Source: Cyanophora paradoxa CCMP329
Taxonomy: Eukaryota; Plantae; Glaucophyta
Assembly: GCA_004431415.1 (NCBI GenBank)
Contig: QPMI01000534.1
Location: 124,001 to 188,000, forward strand
DNA: 64,000 nucleotides
Direction of reading: 5' to 3'
Positions 34,993-47,948 of the stretch are shown piece by piece; position 1 is the stretch's first letter; each line of letters opens with the position of its first letter. Made by a program: the position numbers and the translations under genes. The notes under the pieces were generated by a model. The model ran no database searches. It was not told the DNA's origin and saw only the letters and a program-made list of their open reading frames with translations.

Positions 34993-37900
34993 CGCTGCGG
35001 GCTGCTCGGCTGTCCGCGGGCCTGCCTACGGCTGCTCCAGGCTGTTCATGAGCACGCGCAGTCGTGCGGGCGCCAAAGCGCCTTGCCCCGCGCTGCCGCT
35101 TCGCTCTCTAAGCTGCTGCAGAGGCCCGCGAGTGCAGGCGAGCAAGTCCGGGCGCGAGATCCGGCGCGACGGCTGCGGCTACCCTTCTGGATCCCTGCGT
35201 AAGCCCCGTACGACTGCTGCGCGCCTCCAGAGGCCTGCTTGATCAAGGCTGCTTCGAATTCGCCTCGCGGCTGCTGCGGTGCTGGAGAAGGCGCGCCGAC
35301 CCGCGTGCAGCTTCCTCTTGCTGGCCAGAACGCAGGAGCGCGCGATGATGGGAGCCGGAAAACCGAATCGCGCCATGGCGGGAGAAAAAAGTCCTGGGGG
35401 TACAGAGGCAGAGAGCTGCGTGGTGCGTTAGGCCGGCCGCGGCGCGCTTTGGTGACGCTGAAGACATCGTTGGCGTACTGGAAGTCGCTTTAGAGGGCCA
35501 GCGCCCCGTGGCACGCCGCAACAGCAACCGCACACCGCCGAGCCGGCCGACGCCCGCCGGCCGCGTGCGTAATCGAGCGTCGGTGCGTCTGCGTGGGAAA
35601 GGGACGCGCCCTCGTTCCGCGAAGCCCACCGCGCCGCATGCGCAGGCGATGCAACCGCGGTAGCGGCCAGGGAGGCGGGACGAGAGCGCTCGGCGGGCGC
35701 GCGGACAGCGATGGCGTACACCTACGCCTACCCGACGCGGCGGCGCTCGCTGGCGAAGCTGATCCGCCTCACCGCGGGCTTTCTTCTGCTCCTCGCGGTC
35801 TTCGTCTACATGGTGCGGCTCCTGGAGGAAGGCGACCGCCTTTACGAGGGCGGATACAGCGCCGAGCTCGTCGACGAGGCCCCCGCCGGTGCGCACGCGC
35901 CGGCCCCGCCGCCGCCGCCGCCGCCGCCGCCCGCGGCTTACCCGAGCGCGCGGCCGGGCAGCGGCGTGCACGGCGCAGTGCAGCTTCAACGGCCTCTGCG
36001 GGGCGGACGGCGCCTGCTCCTGCGACGCCGGGTTCGCGGGGCCCGAGTGCTCCGCCGTCGCCCCGTGCCTCTGCCGCCCGCTCCGGGAGCCGCCGGAGCC
36101 CCTCCAAGACTTCCTCGCCCGCTTCGACGCCGAGCGCCACGCCGCCGCCCACGCCGCCCAGGCGCGCCCCGTACCCTTCCCGGCCCCGTCGTGCCCCCGC
36201 CCTCCCGCACGCCTCACGGTACCCCCCGCAGGTGGAGGCGGACCTGGCTCCCTGGAGCCTTAGAAACATCTCTGCGGAGCTCGTGGACCGCGCGGAAGGT
36301 CAGCGGGGGTACCCCATTCCGTTTCTATGATGTACAAAGACGTACCCCCGCAGATCTGGGGGACGCCCGTTTGCAGATCGTCCAGAACCGCCTGTACGCC
36401 CGTGGGCGCCTCGATCCCCCGCGCATCCGGTCCGCCGTACCCCGGCTCGCCTTTCGCGCCGCGTACCCCCCTGACGCGCTCATAGGGCCGTCACTGCGAT
36501 GCTGCTCGCGCTCCTGCGGCGCGTTAGAATGCCCGACGTCGACTTCGTGGTGCGCGCGTACCCCCCGGTCATGGTCTTCGTGCCGGACCCTGCCGAACTT
36601 CCCCCTTCCCCGCAGGTCTCTGCCTCGGACCTGCCCGCCGTACCCCGCCACGTCCCCATACCCGTCTTCTCGGCCGTCAAGTCCGACGCGCACTCCGACG
36701 CGCGTACCCCCTGCGCCATCGTACCCGGGAGAGGATCGCGCTGACGTACCCCCGTCTGCAGATCCTCATACCCGACGGGAGGGCCTTCACCGAAGAGTGG
36801 GCGGCGATGGTGCGGAATCGTACCCCTGCTTGGAATCGGTCGCGAACCGCGTCCATCGCCCCCTTGAATCCCGTACTCCCCCAGGTTGGCGAGTACCCCG
36901 GGGAGCCGGCGTGGTCCGAGAAGCACAGCCACCTGCTCTGGCGGGGAGCGCCCCCCGTGCGCCGCCGCCCACGTACCCCCGGCCCCAAACAATCGCGAGA
37001 CCCGTACCCCCCAGGGCGGCTGGTCCGGCGTGGAGGTGGCGGCGTCGGCCCCGGAGAGGGAGCACGTACCCCGTGCCCGCCTCATGAAGGTGCAGTCGCC
37101 CGGTACCCCCCGCCGGCCCGATCCCCCCCCGACGCCCCCCCCCCCCCCCCCCCCTTTTCCCGGAAAAGATTGCGGAGGGGCGCGCGGAAGACATCGACGC
37201 CGGATTCGCCTCCCACGAGCCACAGGACAAGAGCGTGCGCTGTACCCATCCTCATCGACCCGCGCCGCACCCGCAAACTCCGTACCCGCAACAGCTGGAG
37301 AAGGCCGCTGCGACCTTCGGCCCGACGAGGCCCTTCGTACCCCTCTCCGACCAGCTCAAGAGCAAGCTCTTGCTCTCCCTCGGTACCCCTCCATCCCCGT
37401 TGCTCCTGTACCCCTCCTTGACTTCTTCCCCCCTCAGACGGCGAGGGCGCCCCCTCCTCCTTCCTCCCCCAGCTCGCCTCCGGCTCCCTGCCCTTCAAGC
37501 AGGTACCCCCCTTCCATGAAATTGCGATACCCCGGCGCTCACTGCCCCCGCCAGACCTCCCCCTACTACACGTTCTACCACCGCTGGCTCCAGGTACCCC
37601 CACCAACCCCCCTTTCCTGTCGGCCCCGGGGGTACACTGAAGACGCCGGCCGCAGCCCTGGGAGCACTTCGTACCCGTCTCGCCGACCCTCGACGACCTC
37701 CCGGACCTAATAAGGTTCGATTCTTTATCATCCAGTCTTCTTGAGAGGCTTTTCAGAGAGTTTTCAACGCTTATAATTAGGTGGTCGCGGGAGAATGATG
37801 CGGACGCGTCTGCGGCGGCGGCCGCCGGCGCGCGCTTCGTGCGCGAGCGCCTGAGGCAGTCCGACGCCCTCGCGTACCTCGCCCGGTTATCCCATCCTAC

Positions 37901-38326
37901 TTCGCTTCGAATTCGATCCGATCGGCGCTGAGATTCGATCCAGGGCGCTCACGAGGTACGCGGGGATGCTGCGGTACAGCCCGCGGGCCCTCTCCGGCGC
38001 GGCGCCCGTGCCCCAGCCGACCGCGCACTGCCCCTGCGCCGCCTCCGGTGAGGCCGTGCCCCCGCGCTCGACCGAGCGAACTTTCCCGCGCGGATTCGAA
38101 CCCGCGCGTCGCAGAGGCCGAACCCTCGGAGATCGTCCGGATCCTGCACGCCGGCCGCGTGAAGGGCTTCGCGCTCCGGGCGGGCGGGCCGCCGGGCTCG
38201 CTCCTCCGCGGCCGCGGCGCCGGCGCCCTCCCCACGCCCCACGCCCCCGCCGAGCTCGCCCAGCGGTTCGTACCCGTACACCCGGCCAACTTCGTCCCCC
38301 CTCGCGACGCGCGCTTTCGGCGCAGC
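27379..38326. repeat. Segmental duplication I, copy B
   Basis: Collinear with 10452-21345 at an offset of ~16.9-17.0 kb. Confidence 0.95.
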
Positions 38327-38868
38327 GAGGAGGCCGCGGAGGGCCAGGCCGGCCTCTTCCGGGTACACGCGCCGGCGGCGGGCGGGTCCAGGGACGCCTC
38401 TACCCCCCGGCGGGTCTCCCTGGAGTCCCTAGGGGTACAGGGCCACTTCCTGCGGTCCCTCGGCGCCTCCGTCGTCCTGTCCCCCTTCTCCCGCGACCCC
38501 TGGGTACGCGAATCTAACCTCTTCCGCCGCTGTACCCCCGACCGCCTTCGCAGTTCTCGGAGGACGCGACGTGGGAACTGGCGCCGCAGGAGGAGGGGGG
38601 CGGCGCGGGCGGGGCCGGCGGCTGCGCGGGGTGCGTCTGGCTGCGGCCGCTCTCGGGGCTGGCCGCCGGGGCGCGGCTGCGGGCGCGGCCCGAGGACGGG
38701 ACGCTGGAGGTGGAGGCGCGGGAGGCGGCGGGGGCGACGCTGCGCGGCCCCGCCTCCGAGTACGCGTTCCTCCTCGAGCCGGCGGCCCCGGCGGCGGCCG
38801 CGGCCGCGGCCGCGCCCGAGGAGCCGGTGGCCGCAGGGAGAGACTCGGAGCCCCTCTTCCGCGCCTAG
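35711..38868 (+). CDS. Full-length TM-EGF-GT90 glycosyltransferase with C-terminal AbfB/CBM42-like domain
   Basis: Same GT90 exons as copy A, plus EEAAEGQAGLFRVH..RVSLESLGVQGHFLRSLGASVVLSPFSRDP..FSEDATWEL..SEPLFRA* (TAG 38866-38868). Confidence 0.82.
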
Positions 38869-39105
38869 CTAGCTAGCTATTTATAGCGTCCGCGTGCGCA
38901 GCCGAATCGAATCGGTACTACTACGGTATCGTTCAGCAGAGAGCAAAGCGAAGGGGCACGACTACTGCTACTTCCACAGAGGGGGAGTGGGGAAGCGGGA
39001 GGTAGGCGGGGTAGACCGGGGGCGGGGCCGAGGTCGTGGGGCGGGGAAGCGGGGGGAAGGCGGGGGCGAGGGCGGGCGAGGGCCGCTCGGGCGGGGAACG
39101 AAGGG

Positions 39106-40285
39106 CTACCAGAGGGGGAAGCAGCCGCCGGAGCGCACGGCGGCCACCTCCGCCTCCAGCGCCGCCCGCCGCTGCACGAGATATGAGCGCAGGGCTCAGG
39201 TTAGACAGAGCTTAGAGCCAAACGGACCCGCTTGCTGGCGCGCTCGAGGGCATCGTGGTCGGGGGCCGAGGGCCGCGCCCGCTGCTGGCCCCGCGGGGGC
39301 GCCAGCGCCGCCGCGAGCTCCCGCCCCGCCCCCGCCGCCTCCCGCCCCGCCGCCTCCGCCTCCCCGGCGCACGCCGCCGACGCCTCCCGCAGCTCCGCAA
39401 AGCTTCGGACCTGAGAGGCGAGTCGGGCGCTCCGGATGAATGGAAGAGGCAAGGGCGGCGCACGAGGGAGCCCACGCGGTCGCCGAGGCTCAGCTGTCCG
39501 TCCCTGCAAAGCGCTCAGCGGAGAGGGGGCGGGCGGGAAAGGGGCGGGCGGGTCACCGCGGGCAGCCGGTCTGGGCCGCGACGAACGCGAGGAGGCCGCG
39601 CCGGAGGGCGTCCGCCGCGCCCGCGCGGCGCTCCCGCGCGGCGGCGGAGCACTCCGCCGGCGCCGCCGGCCGCTCGTACGGCACGCCCCGCAGCCGCGTC
39701 GTCATCTCCTCGACGGCCCTGCCCGCCGGCGTCAGCTTCGGGAGGGACGTCGACGGGCGCCGCCGCCGGACCTTTTGATCTCGGCCACCGCCTCGCCGTG
39801 CTGGACGTGCTCGAAGCACGCTATCCTCAGGGACACCTCCGGGAAGACAAGCGTCGCGCAGGGCGGAGCTGCGGGTCGGCGGGGGGTGAGGAGGCGCGGC
39901 TGCCGGGCGGACGCGGCTCATGCGGACCGCCGGGGTCGGTGCGCAGCTGCACTCGCTGCACTTGTTGGTGGTTGATCCGGTGCAGCGCCCGCTCGCGGCC
40001 CGCGGGGCCGAACCTTGCGAGGAGCGACCGGTCCGCCACAACGATCTCAACGTTCTGAGCGGCGCGGAGCGGCTCAGCGTCACCGCCGCGTCAAAATAAG
40101 CGCGCAAAGCGCACCGTCTCCGCGAAGGGCTCGTTGCTGCCCTCGGCGGCGAAGACGAGCGGCCGCTCGCCGGCGAGGAAGGAGCACCGCCCGGAGAACG
40201 TCGGCGGCGGCGCCGGGGCGTCCTCGTCGGGCCGGGCGTGCTCTAGGACGCTGAGGGCGACCAGGAAGGGGCCGAGGCGGGCCAT
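39106..40285 (-). CDS. Hypothetical protein (multi-exon, coiled-coil C-terminus), copy A; 5' end uncertain
   Basis: Exons conserved with copy B: MARLGPFLVALSVLEH.., NVEIVVADRSLLARF.., IACFEHVQHGEAVAEIK, DGQLSLGDRVGSL, RRAALEAEVAAVRSGGCFPLW*. Confidence 0.6.
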
Positions 40286-41369
40286 GCTCAGCTGCGGAGG
40301 GCCGCGAGCCGCCCCTCACTGCTGCGGGGCTGCCTGTAGGCTATGAGTTATCGTACGAGGCTCCTGAGATGCGGGAAAAGCCCGAAAAAGCGACTCGAGT
40401 TCGAGCAGCCGCTTCGATGGGGTACATCGATATCGCGAAGTCGGCATCTTGGCAGTTAGCAGCCCGCTCAATCGCTGCGTTATCGCGCCCCGGAGTTGTT
40501 TCACCAGCGTTGGGGCACGGTGCGGGGCTCCGATGTTCTCGGCCCGGCGCTGATCATAACCGGCGCTGATCATAACCCCCGCGCGCCCGACTGACCGCGG
40601 CCGCTTTCAATCGGCAGGATGCTTTCAGGGATGACACACTAAGCGCCAGGCTGGAGCTCGACCGGGAGCGAGCAACCGCAGCGGCGCAAGCTCGGCCTAG
40701 CTATAGGCCTGCAGGACTAGTACTACGGTACTGCGGGTCGACGTCGCCAAGTCGCGCACGACTACTGGCCCCATATCGATCGCTCATTGCTATTGCAATT
40801 GTGAGGTGCACGCGCCGGCTTTCCCGAGTACCAGTCCCGATAGCGAGTCTTGCCCATACGCATAAACGCGCAGCTACCAGCTGCCAGTGCAGCTAAGCTG
40901 GACCGGCCGCGGGAGCGAGCAACTGCGCATGCGAGCTTGGTATGTATATGGCCGCGAGCGCCCGGACGTCGATTCGGACGTCGACTCCCAAATCTGCAGC
41001 ACGTGTGCACGGATCCGGACTCGGCGGACCGGAGCCCGTCGCGGCGTGCACCGACCGTCGGAACGCTCATGATCACCGCGAGCACTCAGACCGGTACCGT
41101 CGGACCGGTACCGATACTATGATAAGGTGTGGTGTGACTCGAGCTCGCCGGCAGCGGCATTTCCGCCGATTTTCCGGGCTCCGAGCTCGAGCCCATATCG
41201 TTCGATCAAAATATTCAATCTTAAGCTTGAATGATACATGCCAACTGTCGTGCACGTGGTATATATATAGCTAAAGCCCCGCCACGTGCAGGCCCTGAGG
41301 GGGACGCAAGGCTCGCGTTCGCCGCCGTGGAGTAAAAGAAGCGAAGAGAACGAAGGGATCAGGCAGAGA

Positions 41370-44300
41370 ATGGAGAACGCGGCGCGGCCGAGCGGTTTGC
41401 AGCGCAATGATCGCGCAAGCCCGACGTCGGCCTTGCATCCGCCGACGTCCGATCGCGAGCTCGAGGCCGCGGCTGCGGACCCGTGCACGTGGTCAGCTGC
41501 AGCCGACGCATGCGCAGCGGCCGGGGGCTCGCAGGAGTCGCAGCCGGCCGCAGCAAAACTTCTGTGTCGATGCGTCGAATGTATCGGGTGCGGTTTTCGC
41601 TATAGCTAGCGCTGCCCTGCCCTCTATATTTATATATATATCTATATATAAACTGAATCTACTCTAGATCTTCGAATCGCAGGGTCACCATCGACAAGTA
41701 CCGATGCAGCTGCCTTCAATGCGAGGAGGCGCGCGCTCCGGCATCGTGCGCGGGTCCCATGGCCTGCTTTTGCGCCGACTTTCTCGTTCGTCTGGAAAAG
41801 CTGTTGGGATCTCGAGCTCGTGCTCCACATGTAGACATGATCAAGAACGCAAGCTTCGAAGAATGCAGGGGAAAATGGCAGGTGAGCTCGAATAAATATT
41901 CTCGGAGCTTGAGTCTATCGAACTCCAGGTTGTCGTAATCATCGCGAGTTATATAATTAATCAGAACACTAATGCTCACGTTCCAATTGCAGGTTGCACT
42001 TGACAGCTGCAGCCTCGCGTCCGATCATATGGACAGTAATATTTCCGTGAAGGGCGATCGCGAGCACGCGCACGCGCACGGCCTCGCGTCGATTGCGTAT
42101 GCGCTTCAGTTCGCGAGCCTCTTACTCGATTCCGACTTCAAAGAGGAAGCCCGCATTCTCTACCAGGTACCCGCGAGCTTCTTTTGTGTTTTCTCCTGCA
42201 CTTGACAGCCAGTGTACATGTGAATTTCGAAGCGCTTCCTAAGAGCCCTGCATCCTCACATCTTGGATGGAGAGCGGCGCGACGCGCTTGAGCTCCAGCT
42301 GCGGCTGCAGGGCGCCACAAATGCGAGCGTCCTGCAGCACGCGCGGAAATTCGCTGTCTTATGCCGCGGCTACACATACAACGCATTCGGCTGCATCAAT
42401 ACTGTCACGACTGTGCGCGATTAATCGCGATTAATATCTTATGAGAATATTTGAAATTTGTCTTCTAAACATTCAGAAATCTGCATCGCTGGACATACTG
42501 CAGCCGTACGTTGTGTGCATGTGCAGCACGGATCGCGATCGTGATGACGAGACCGTCGCCTCGATCCTCTGGGAAATGTCGTACCTGTGCATTGAACTGA
42601 ATAAGCGAGATGAAGCCTGGAAGTACTTACAGGTACTTCGACATCGACATCGCCCGTCCCGCCCACTGTAGTTTTGATTCAATGAAACACGCACACGCAG
42701 ATGGCTGCGAAGCGCGATCGCAACTCGGGAGACAAGCGTCGGCTGGCCTTGCGCTGCTGTTCGCCTGTTAATCTGAGCCAGAATCTCGCCAGAATCTCGC
42801 CTGTAGGACCGAACCTGGAAGATCTCGCCAGAATGTTCGACGAGGAAGGTCTTTTCGGTGAGGAGGAGAAGGTTCTGCAGGCACGTGCACAACGACGCCT
42901 TAGCACACCGATTATTCGATTTACCGCATCGCGATCGATTCTCAAGTTGTTTCTGAGTCCGCTCTTCCGAATACGCGTAGTTGAATCTGGAGATCGCGGA
43001 GCGAGCGTGTCGAGAGTGTCGAGAATACAATGTCCTCGGCAGCGCGCTATTTCGGCTTGGAGAGCTGGTATTTCGAGCGGGGTTGGACATAAAAAGAGCT
43101 GAATTGTACCTTCAGGTGCGCATCTCAACTTGGCAAGTGATAACCTACCAGCACTGTGGTACTATAAACGTATGACCTGGTTGTACTCATTTGCGCAGCG
43201 CGCTGTCGCTGAGACAGAGCGAAGGACGGCCGGCATAAGCGCCGACGCTGCTGATCCACTTGACACCCTAGCCGACTTGTACAATTCGACAAATCGGTTC
43301 GAATTGGCCGCATACTGTATCCGTGTACGTTCTTTCTCGAGCTACCTTCAATATTCAGAGTTTTTACAAACGATTGAACATTGCATTGCAAACAGCGATC
43401 CTTCAAAGTGGTCGAGGAAATTTACGGCCTGGCCGATGAGGTCACCGAATCCAGATTTGCACGGCTACAACGGCAGCTGCTCTTGTACTGGATGTGTTCC
43501 TCAGTGCAGGATCCGTCCTTCCCTGCATTCTTTACCCAGGCAAGCAATTTGCAGTTTGAATATATTCCGATTCATTCACAATTGGCGAATTTTGCGGGCT
43601 GACTTCTTTGTTTCTCGCAGAAATGTCTCTCTTTCCGTGCAGAGACCGGAAGGCTACCCATTAACGAGCAAACGTGTAGAGCCCCAATATGCACTCTCGA
43701 GGAGCTAAAAATCGCGGCTGTCGAACCGGAAAGCCGGTGGAGAGCGCTGGAGAAGAGGAAGCTGGCAGAAGCGGAGCGCGGGTACAAGAGAGAGCTGGCG
43801 AAGGTGGCCGATCAAACTCGACGCAATGCTGCGGACTTCGTGCGTTGCTGCAGCTCCGAGGCTCGAGTTTCGCTGGCCTTACATTTGTGCAGGAGGCGGC
43901 ACGGGAGCAGATGCAACTGGGGGCCTGGGATAACGTCCGCTTGCACATCGGCACTGTGCTGAAGGTCTGTCCGACTTCCCGGATCCTGAGGCTCGGGGGC
44001 TATAGCGTTAGCTACAAATAACTGCGATATCGATTGATAATCACTGCGAAAATAAAGCCGAGCCTCGAAGCCTGAATTGACGATCGCGAGCTTCTTCTGT
44101 AGCGAACACATAGGTCAAAGGCTAATCGCCATTTCTTTATCAATATCGGCTCCGAGTTCGAGGACTGCCTGCTCCGCATAGGTGCACATGCTTTGGATAT
44201 GCCGATGTCTGTGTCATCGGCTTCAGCAACCCCACGCCCCGTGCAGTTCGCCAGAATGCGGCGAGCACAGCGGAGGCCATGGCCAAGGGGCAGCGGCTGG

Positions 44301-45997
44301 AGGCTGCATTGCAGGCGCAAGAGAAACTGGCCGAACTCCATCGTGTGCGACAAGATGCAAAGGAAAAGGCGAAGGAGGCGCGTCAGCGCGCTCAGGACCT
44401 GCTGCGGGAAGTGGACAAGAAGCAGCAGGCAGAGGCTGCAGCAGAGCGCAAGAAGCTCTTCGAAACAAAGCGCTGGGAGAAAGTGGTGGTTGTAAGGGAG
44501 GTGGAGCTGGATGAACCGGAGCAGCGGCGGGCGGAGGAGCAGCGGCGGGCGGAGGAGCAGCGGCAAGCGGAGGAGCAGCGGGCGGAGGAGCAGCTGGGGG
44601 CGGAGGAGCAGCGGCGAGCGGAGGAGCAGCGGCGGGCGGAGGAGCAGCGGGCAGAGGAGCAGCGGCGAGCGGAGGAGCAGCGGGCGGAGGAACAGCGGCG
44701 GGCGGAGGAGCAGCGGCGGGCGGAGGAGCAGCGGGCGGAGGAGCAGCGGCGGACGGAGGAGCAGCGGCGAGCGGAGGAGCAGCGGGCGGAGGAGCAGCGG
44801 CGGGCGGAGGAGCAGCGGGCGGAGGAGCAGCGGCGGCAGGCGGAGCAGCGGGCGGAGGAACAGCGGCGGGCGGAGGAGCAGCGGCGGGCGGAGGAGCGGC
44901 GGCGAGCGGAGGAGCAGCGGGCGGAGGAGCAGCAGCGGGCGGAGGAGCAGCGGACGGAGGAGCAGCGGCGGGCGGAGGAGCAGCGGCAGGCGGAGCAGCG
45001 GCGGCAGGCGGAGCAGCGGCGGCAGGCGGAGGAGCAGCGACGGGTGGGAACGTATGCACAAGCCACCAGGAACAACATCGAGAACCGTCGGTGCGTGTAT
45101 GGCACTGCAGCTGCTTACTTTGACCTGCTCTTACACTCTTTTGCAGGTCTGTGCCCGCCGCCCCACCCGCTGCCCCCGAACCTGAGCAAGTTGAGCTCGA
45201 GTGCGCCATCTGCTTCGAGCCCTTGGTCCCTGGCGCTGGCCCCGTCACCGGCCTCGGATCCCTTCCCCCGGCCGTCTCTCTCTCCTGCAGACGTGCGGAG
45301 CGGCCCTTGCCCCCTTCGACTCCTCGGCGCCGCGCTGTAGCTGACGTGACGCCCGGGCACGCATGCGCAGACCTGGACCGCTTCCACGCGCGCTGCATTG
45401 AGACGTGGCGGGCGACTCCGCTGGGCTCGGGCTGCCCGGAGTGCCGCGCCCCGTTCCTCCCCGCGCGCCCGGCGGCGCCGGCCGCGGCTGCCCCCGCGCC
45501 CGCCGGCGCCGCTCCACTCGCTGCACCGGTACCCCCGCCTTCGCCCAGACACATCCCCCGGCCAGCGTGCCGGCACCTCCCTCCGCCCCATCCCTCCCGC
45601 CGCCGCTTCGGGCTCGCGGCCTCCGGGGTACGCGGCGCCCGCCCCTGCGGCGCCGGCTTCGCTCTTGTACTCCTTTGCCCCCGGGTGCCTGCCCCTGTAC
45701 CTTCTCCCCCTGCGCCCCCTCACTTCCTGGGATACGCCCCGCCCCAACCCTCCCCGTCGAGCCACCCCCGTCTACCCCTGCCCCACCTCCCCCGCACTCG
45801 CGGCCCCCGTCGCCCCCTCCCGCCCCACGCGCCCCTACCGGCCCCCTGGCGGCCCGACGATCGCTGGGCCCGCCACGCCGGCGCCGCCTGTCCAAGTCCG
45901 TCCCGCGCGCCCGTACGACCCCCTCAACCGAGGCGCCGGCCGCGGCGCTGGCCGCCCGGGCCCCGGGCCCGGGTCTGACCGGGCCTTGCCTCCGTAG
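41370..45997 (+). CDS. Cys-rich N-terminus, TPR-like helical repeats, coiled coil with (R)RAEEQ array, RING-H2, Pro-rich tail; putative E3 ligase, copy A
   Basis: TPR-like VASILWEMSYLCIELNKRDEAWKYLQ, GSALFRLGELVFRAG..AELYLQ, PLDTLADLYNSTNRFELAA; RING CAICFEPL..LSCR|HLDRFHARCIETW..CPECR. Confidence 0.7.
44518..45040 (+). repeat. Coding minisatellite of 15/18 bp units (RAEEQ/RRAEEQ), about 30 units
   Basis: gcggaggagcagcgg(cgg) array, in frame in ORF 44279-45340 and absent from the paralog. Confidence 0.95.
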
Positions 45998-46382
45998 TTT
46001 GGTTCTATACTATATAGCTAGTTCTTGTACGTATACGTAAGTGTATAGCTCAACCTATAGTAGTCCACGTCGACGTCGACGTCGTCCACGTCCGATCCGG
46101 GCCAACGATCCGTGCACATGCACGCCGGGCCAGGGCTCGTCATGATCAGCTTCCACCCAAGCTTCTTCGGTGTCTAGATCCCATCAGCCCCTCGGAGGCG
46201 GCGGACAGGGGCTTGGAGCCGTTATTCCGTGCTTAGCTAGCTAGCTATTTATAGCGTCACGCGTACGTGCACAGCCGAATCGAATCGGTGACGTTCCGCA
46301 GGGTGCGGCGCATGCGCAAGGGGGGATTACCACTACACGGGCTGAAGGCGAGGACCGGGGAGGGGGTAGGGCGGGAGGGTGT

Positions 46383-46414
<32 letters not shown>

Positions 46415-46756
46415 GGGGCGAGGGGCGAGGGAGGGGTGGGTGGGATGTGGGGGGCGGGGGGGGGGGGGGGGGCGGGTGCGGGTGCGGGTCGTGGGGCGGG
46501 CGAGGCGGGCGGGGGCGAGGGAACGAAGCTAGCTATAGCTATTTATAGCGTCGTGCGCGCAGCCGAATCGAATCGGTATCGTTTTGCAGAGAGCGACGCG
46601 AGGGGGGACGACTACTACTTGTGCGTATACTATTAGAGGGGCGGCGGGCGGGGAAGCGGGGGGAAGGCGGGGTTGAGGGCGAGGACCGGGGGCGGGGGCG
46701 AGGTCGTGGGCGGGGGCCGCGGCGAGGGCCGCTCGGACGTCGACTGGGACGAAGGG

Positions 46757-47948
46757 CTACCAGAGGGGGGAGCAGCCGCCGGCGCGCACGGCGGCCACCT
46801 CCGCCTCCAGCGCCGCCCGCCGCTGCACGAGATATGAGCGCAGGGCTCAGGTTAGACAGAGCTTAGAGCCAAGCGGACCCGCTTGCTGGCGCGCTCGAGG
46901 GCATCGTGGTCGGGGGCCGAGGGCCGCGCCCGCTGCTGGCCCCGCGGGGGCGCCAGCGCCGCCGCGAGCTCCCGCCCCGCCCCGCCGCCTCCCGCCCCGC
47001 CGCCTCCGCCTCCCCGCGCACGCCGCCGACGCCTCCCGCAGCTCCGCAAAGCTTCGGACCTGAGAGGCGAGTCGGGCGCTCCGAGTTGGACGGACGGAAG
47101 AGGGGAGGGCGGCGCACGAGGGAGCCCACGCGGTCGCCGAGGCTTAGCTGTCCGTCCCTGCAGAGCGCTCAGCGGAGAGGGGCGGGCAGAGGCGAAGCGG
47201 CGGGGGCGGGCGTTCACCGCGGGCAGCCGGCCTGGGCCGCGACGAACGCGAGGAGCCGCGCCGGAGGGCGTCCGCCGCGCCCGCGCGGCGCTCCCGCGCG
47301 GCGGCGGAGCACTCCGCCGGCGCCGCCGGCCGCTCGCACGGCACGCCCCGCAGCCGCGTCGTCATCTCCTCGACGGCCCTGCCCGCCGGCGTCAGCTTCG
47401 GGAGGGACGTCGACGGGCGCCGCCGCCGCCGGACCTTTTGATCTCGGCGACCGCCTCGCCGTGCTGGACGTGCTCGAAGCACGCTATCCTCAGGGACACC
47501 TCCGGGAAGACAAGCGTCGCGCAGGGCGGAGCTGCGGGTCGGCGGGATGTGAGGAGGCGCGGCTGCCCGGCGGACGCGGCGCGTGCGGACCGCCGGGGTC
47601 GGTGCGCAGCTGCACTCGCTGCACTTGTTGGTGGTTGATCCGGTGCAGCGCCCGCTCGCGGCCCGCGGGGCCGAACCGCGCGAGGAGCGACCGGTCCGCC
47701 ACGACGATCTCAACGTTCTGAGCGGCGCGGAGCGGCTCAGCGTCACCGCCGCGTCAAAAGCAGCGCGCGAAGCGCACCGTCTCCGTGAAGGGCTCGTTGC
47801 TGCCCTCGGCGGCGAAGACGAGCGGCCGCTCGCCGGCGAGGAAGGAGCACCGCCCGGAGAACGTCGGCGGCGGCGCTGGGGCGTCCTCGTCGGGCCGGGC
47901 GTGCTCTAGGACGCTGAGGGCGACCAGGAAGGGGCCCAGGCGTGCCAT
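46757..47948 (-). CDS. Hypothetical protein, copy B (apparent 1 bp deletion near 47255)
   Basis: Near-identical exons to 39106-40285. It reads gcgaggagccgcg here versus gcgaggaggccgcg in copy A. Confidence 0.55.

Larger units (their letters stand above)
38840..45997. repeat. Segmental duplication II, copy A (paired with ~46205-53107)
   Basis: Collinear from the GT90 stop/3' UTR (ggagcc..ttccg.gc.tagctagctagctatttatagcgtc) through both genes to the RING/Pro-rich exon. Confidence 0.92.

Noticed and set aside
6870-40345. In-frame TAG at Gln-like positions, suggesting TAG reassignment
   Set aside because: The GGH, ASCC1, MYND, DnaJ-zinc-finger and GT90 models all end naturally at TAG. Isolated cases are better explained by C-to-T mutation or wrong exon calls.
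44012-45554. Antisense and alternate-frame repeat proteins (LLRPP, AAPPP, RRCSSA, RRSSGG)
   Set aside because: These are by-products of the RAEEQ minisatellite. Only the E/Q/R frame is continuous with the flanking coiled-coil exon.
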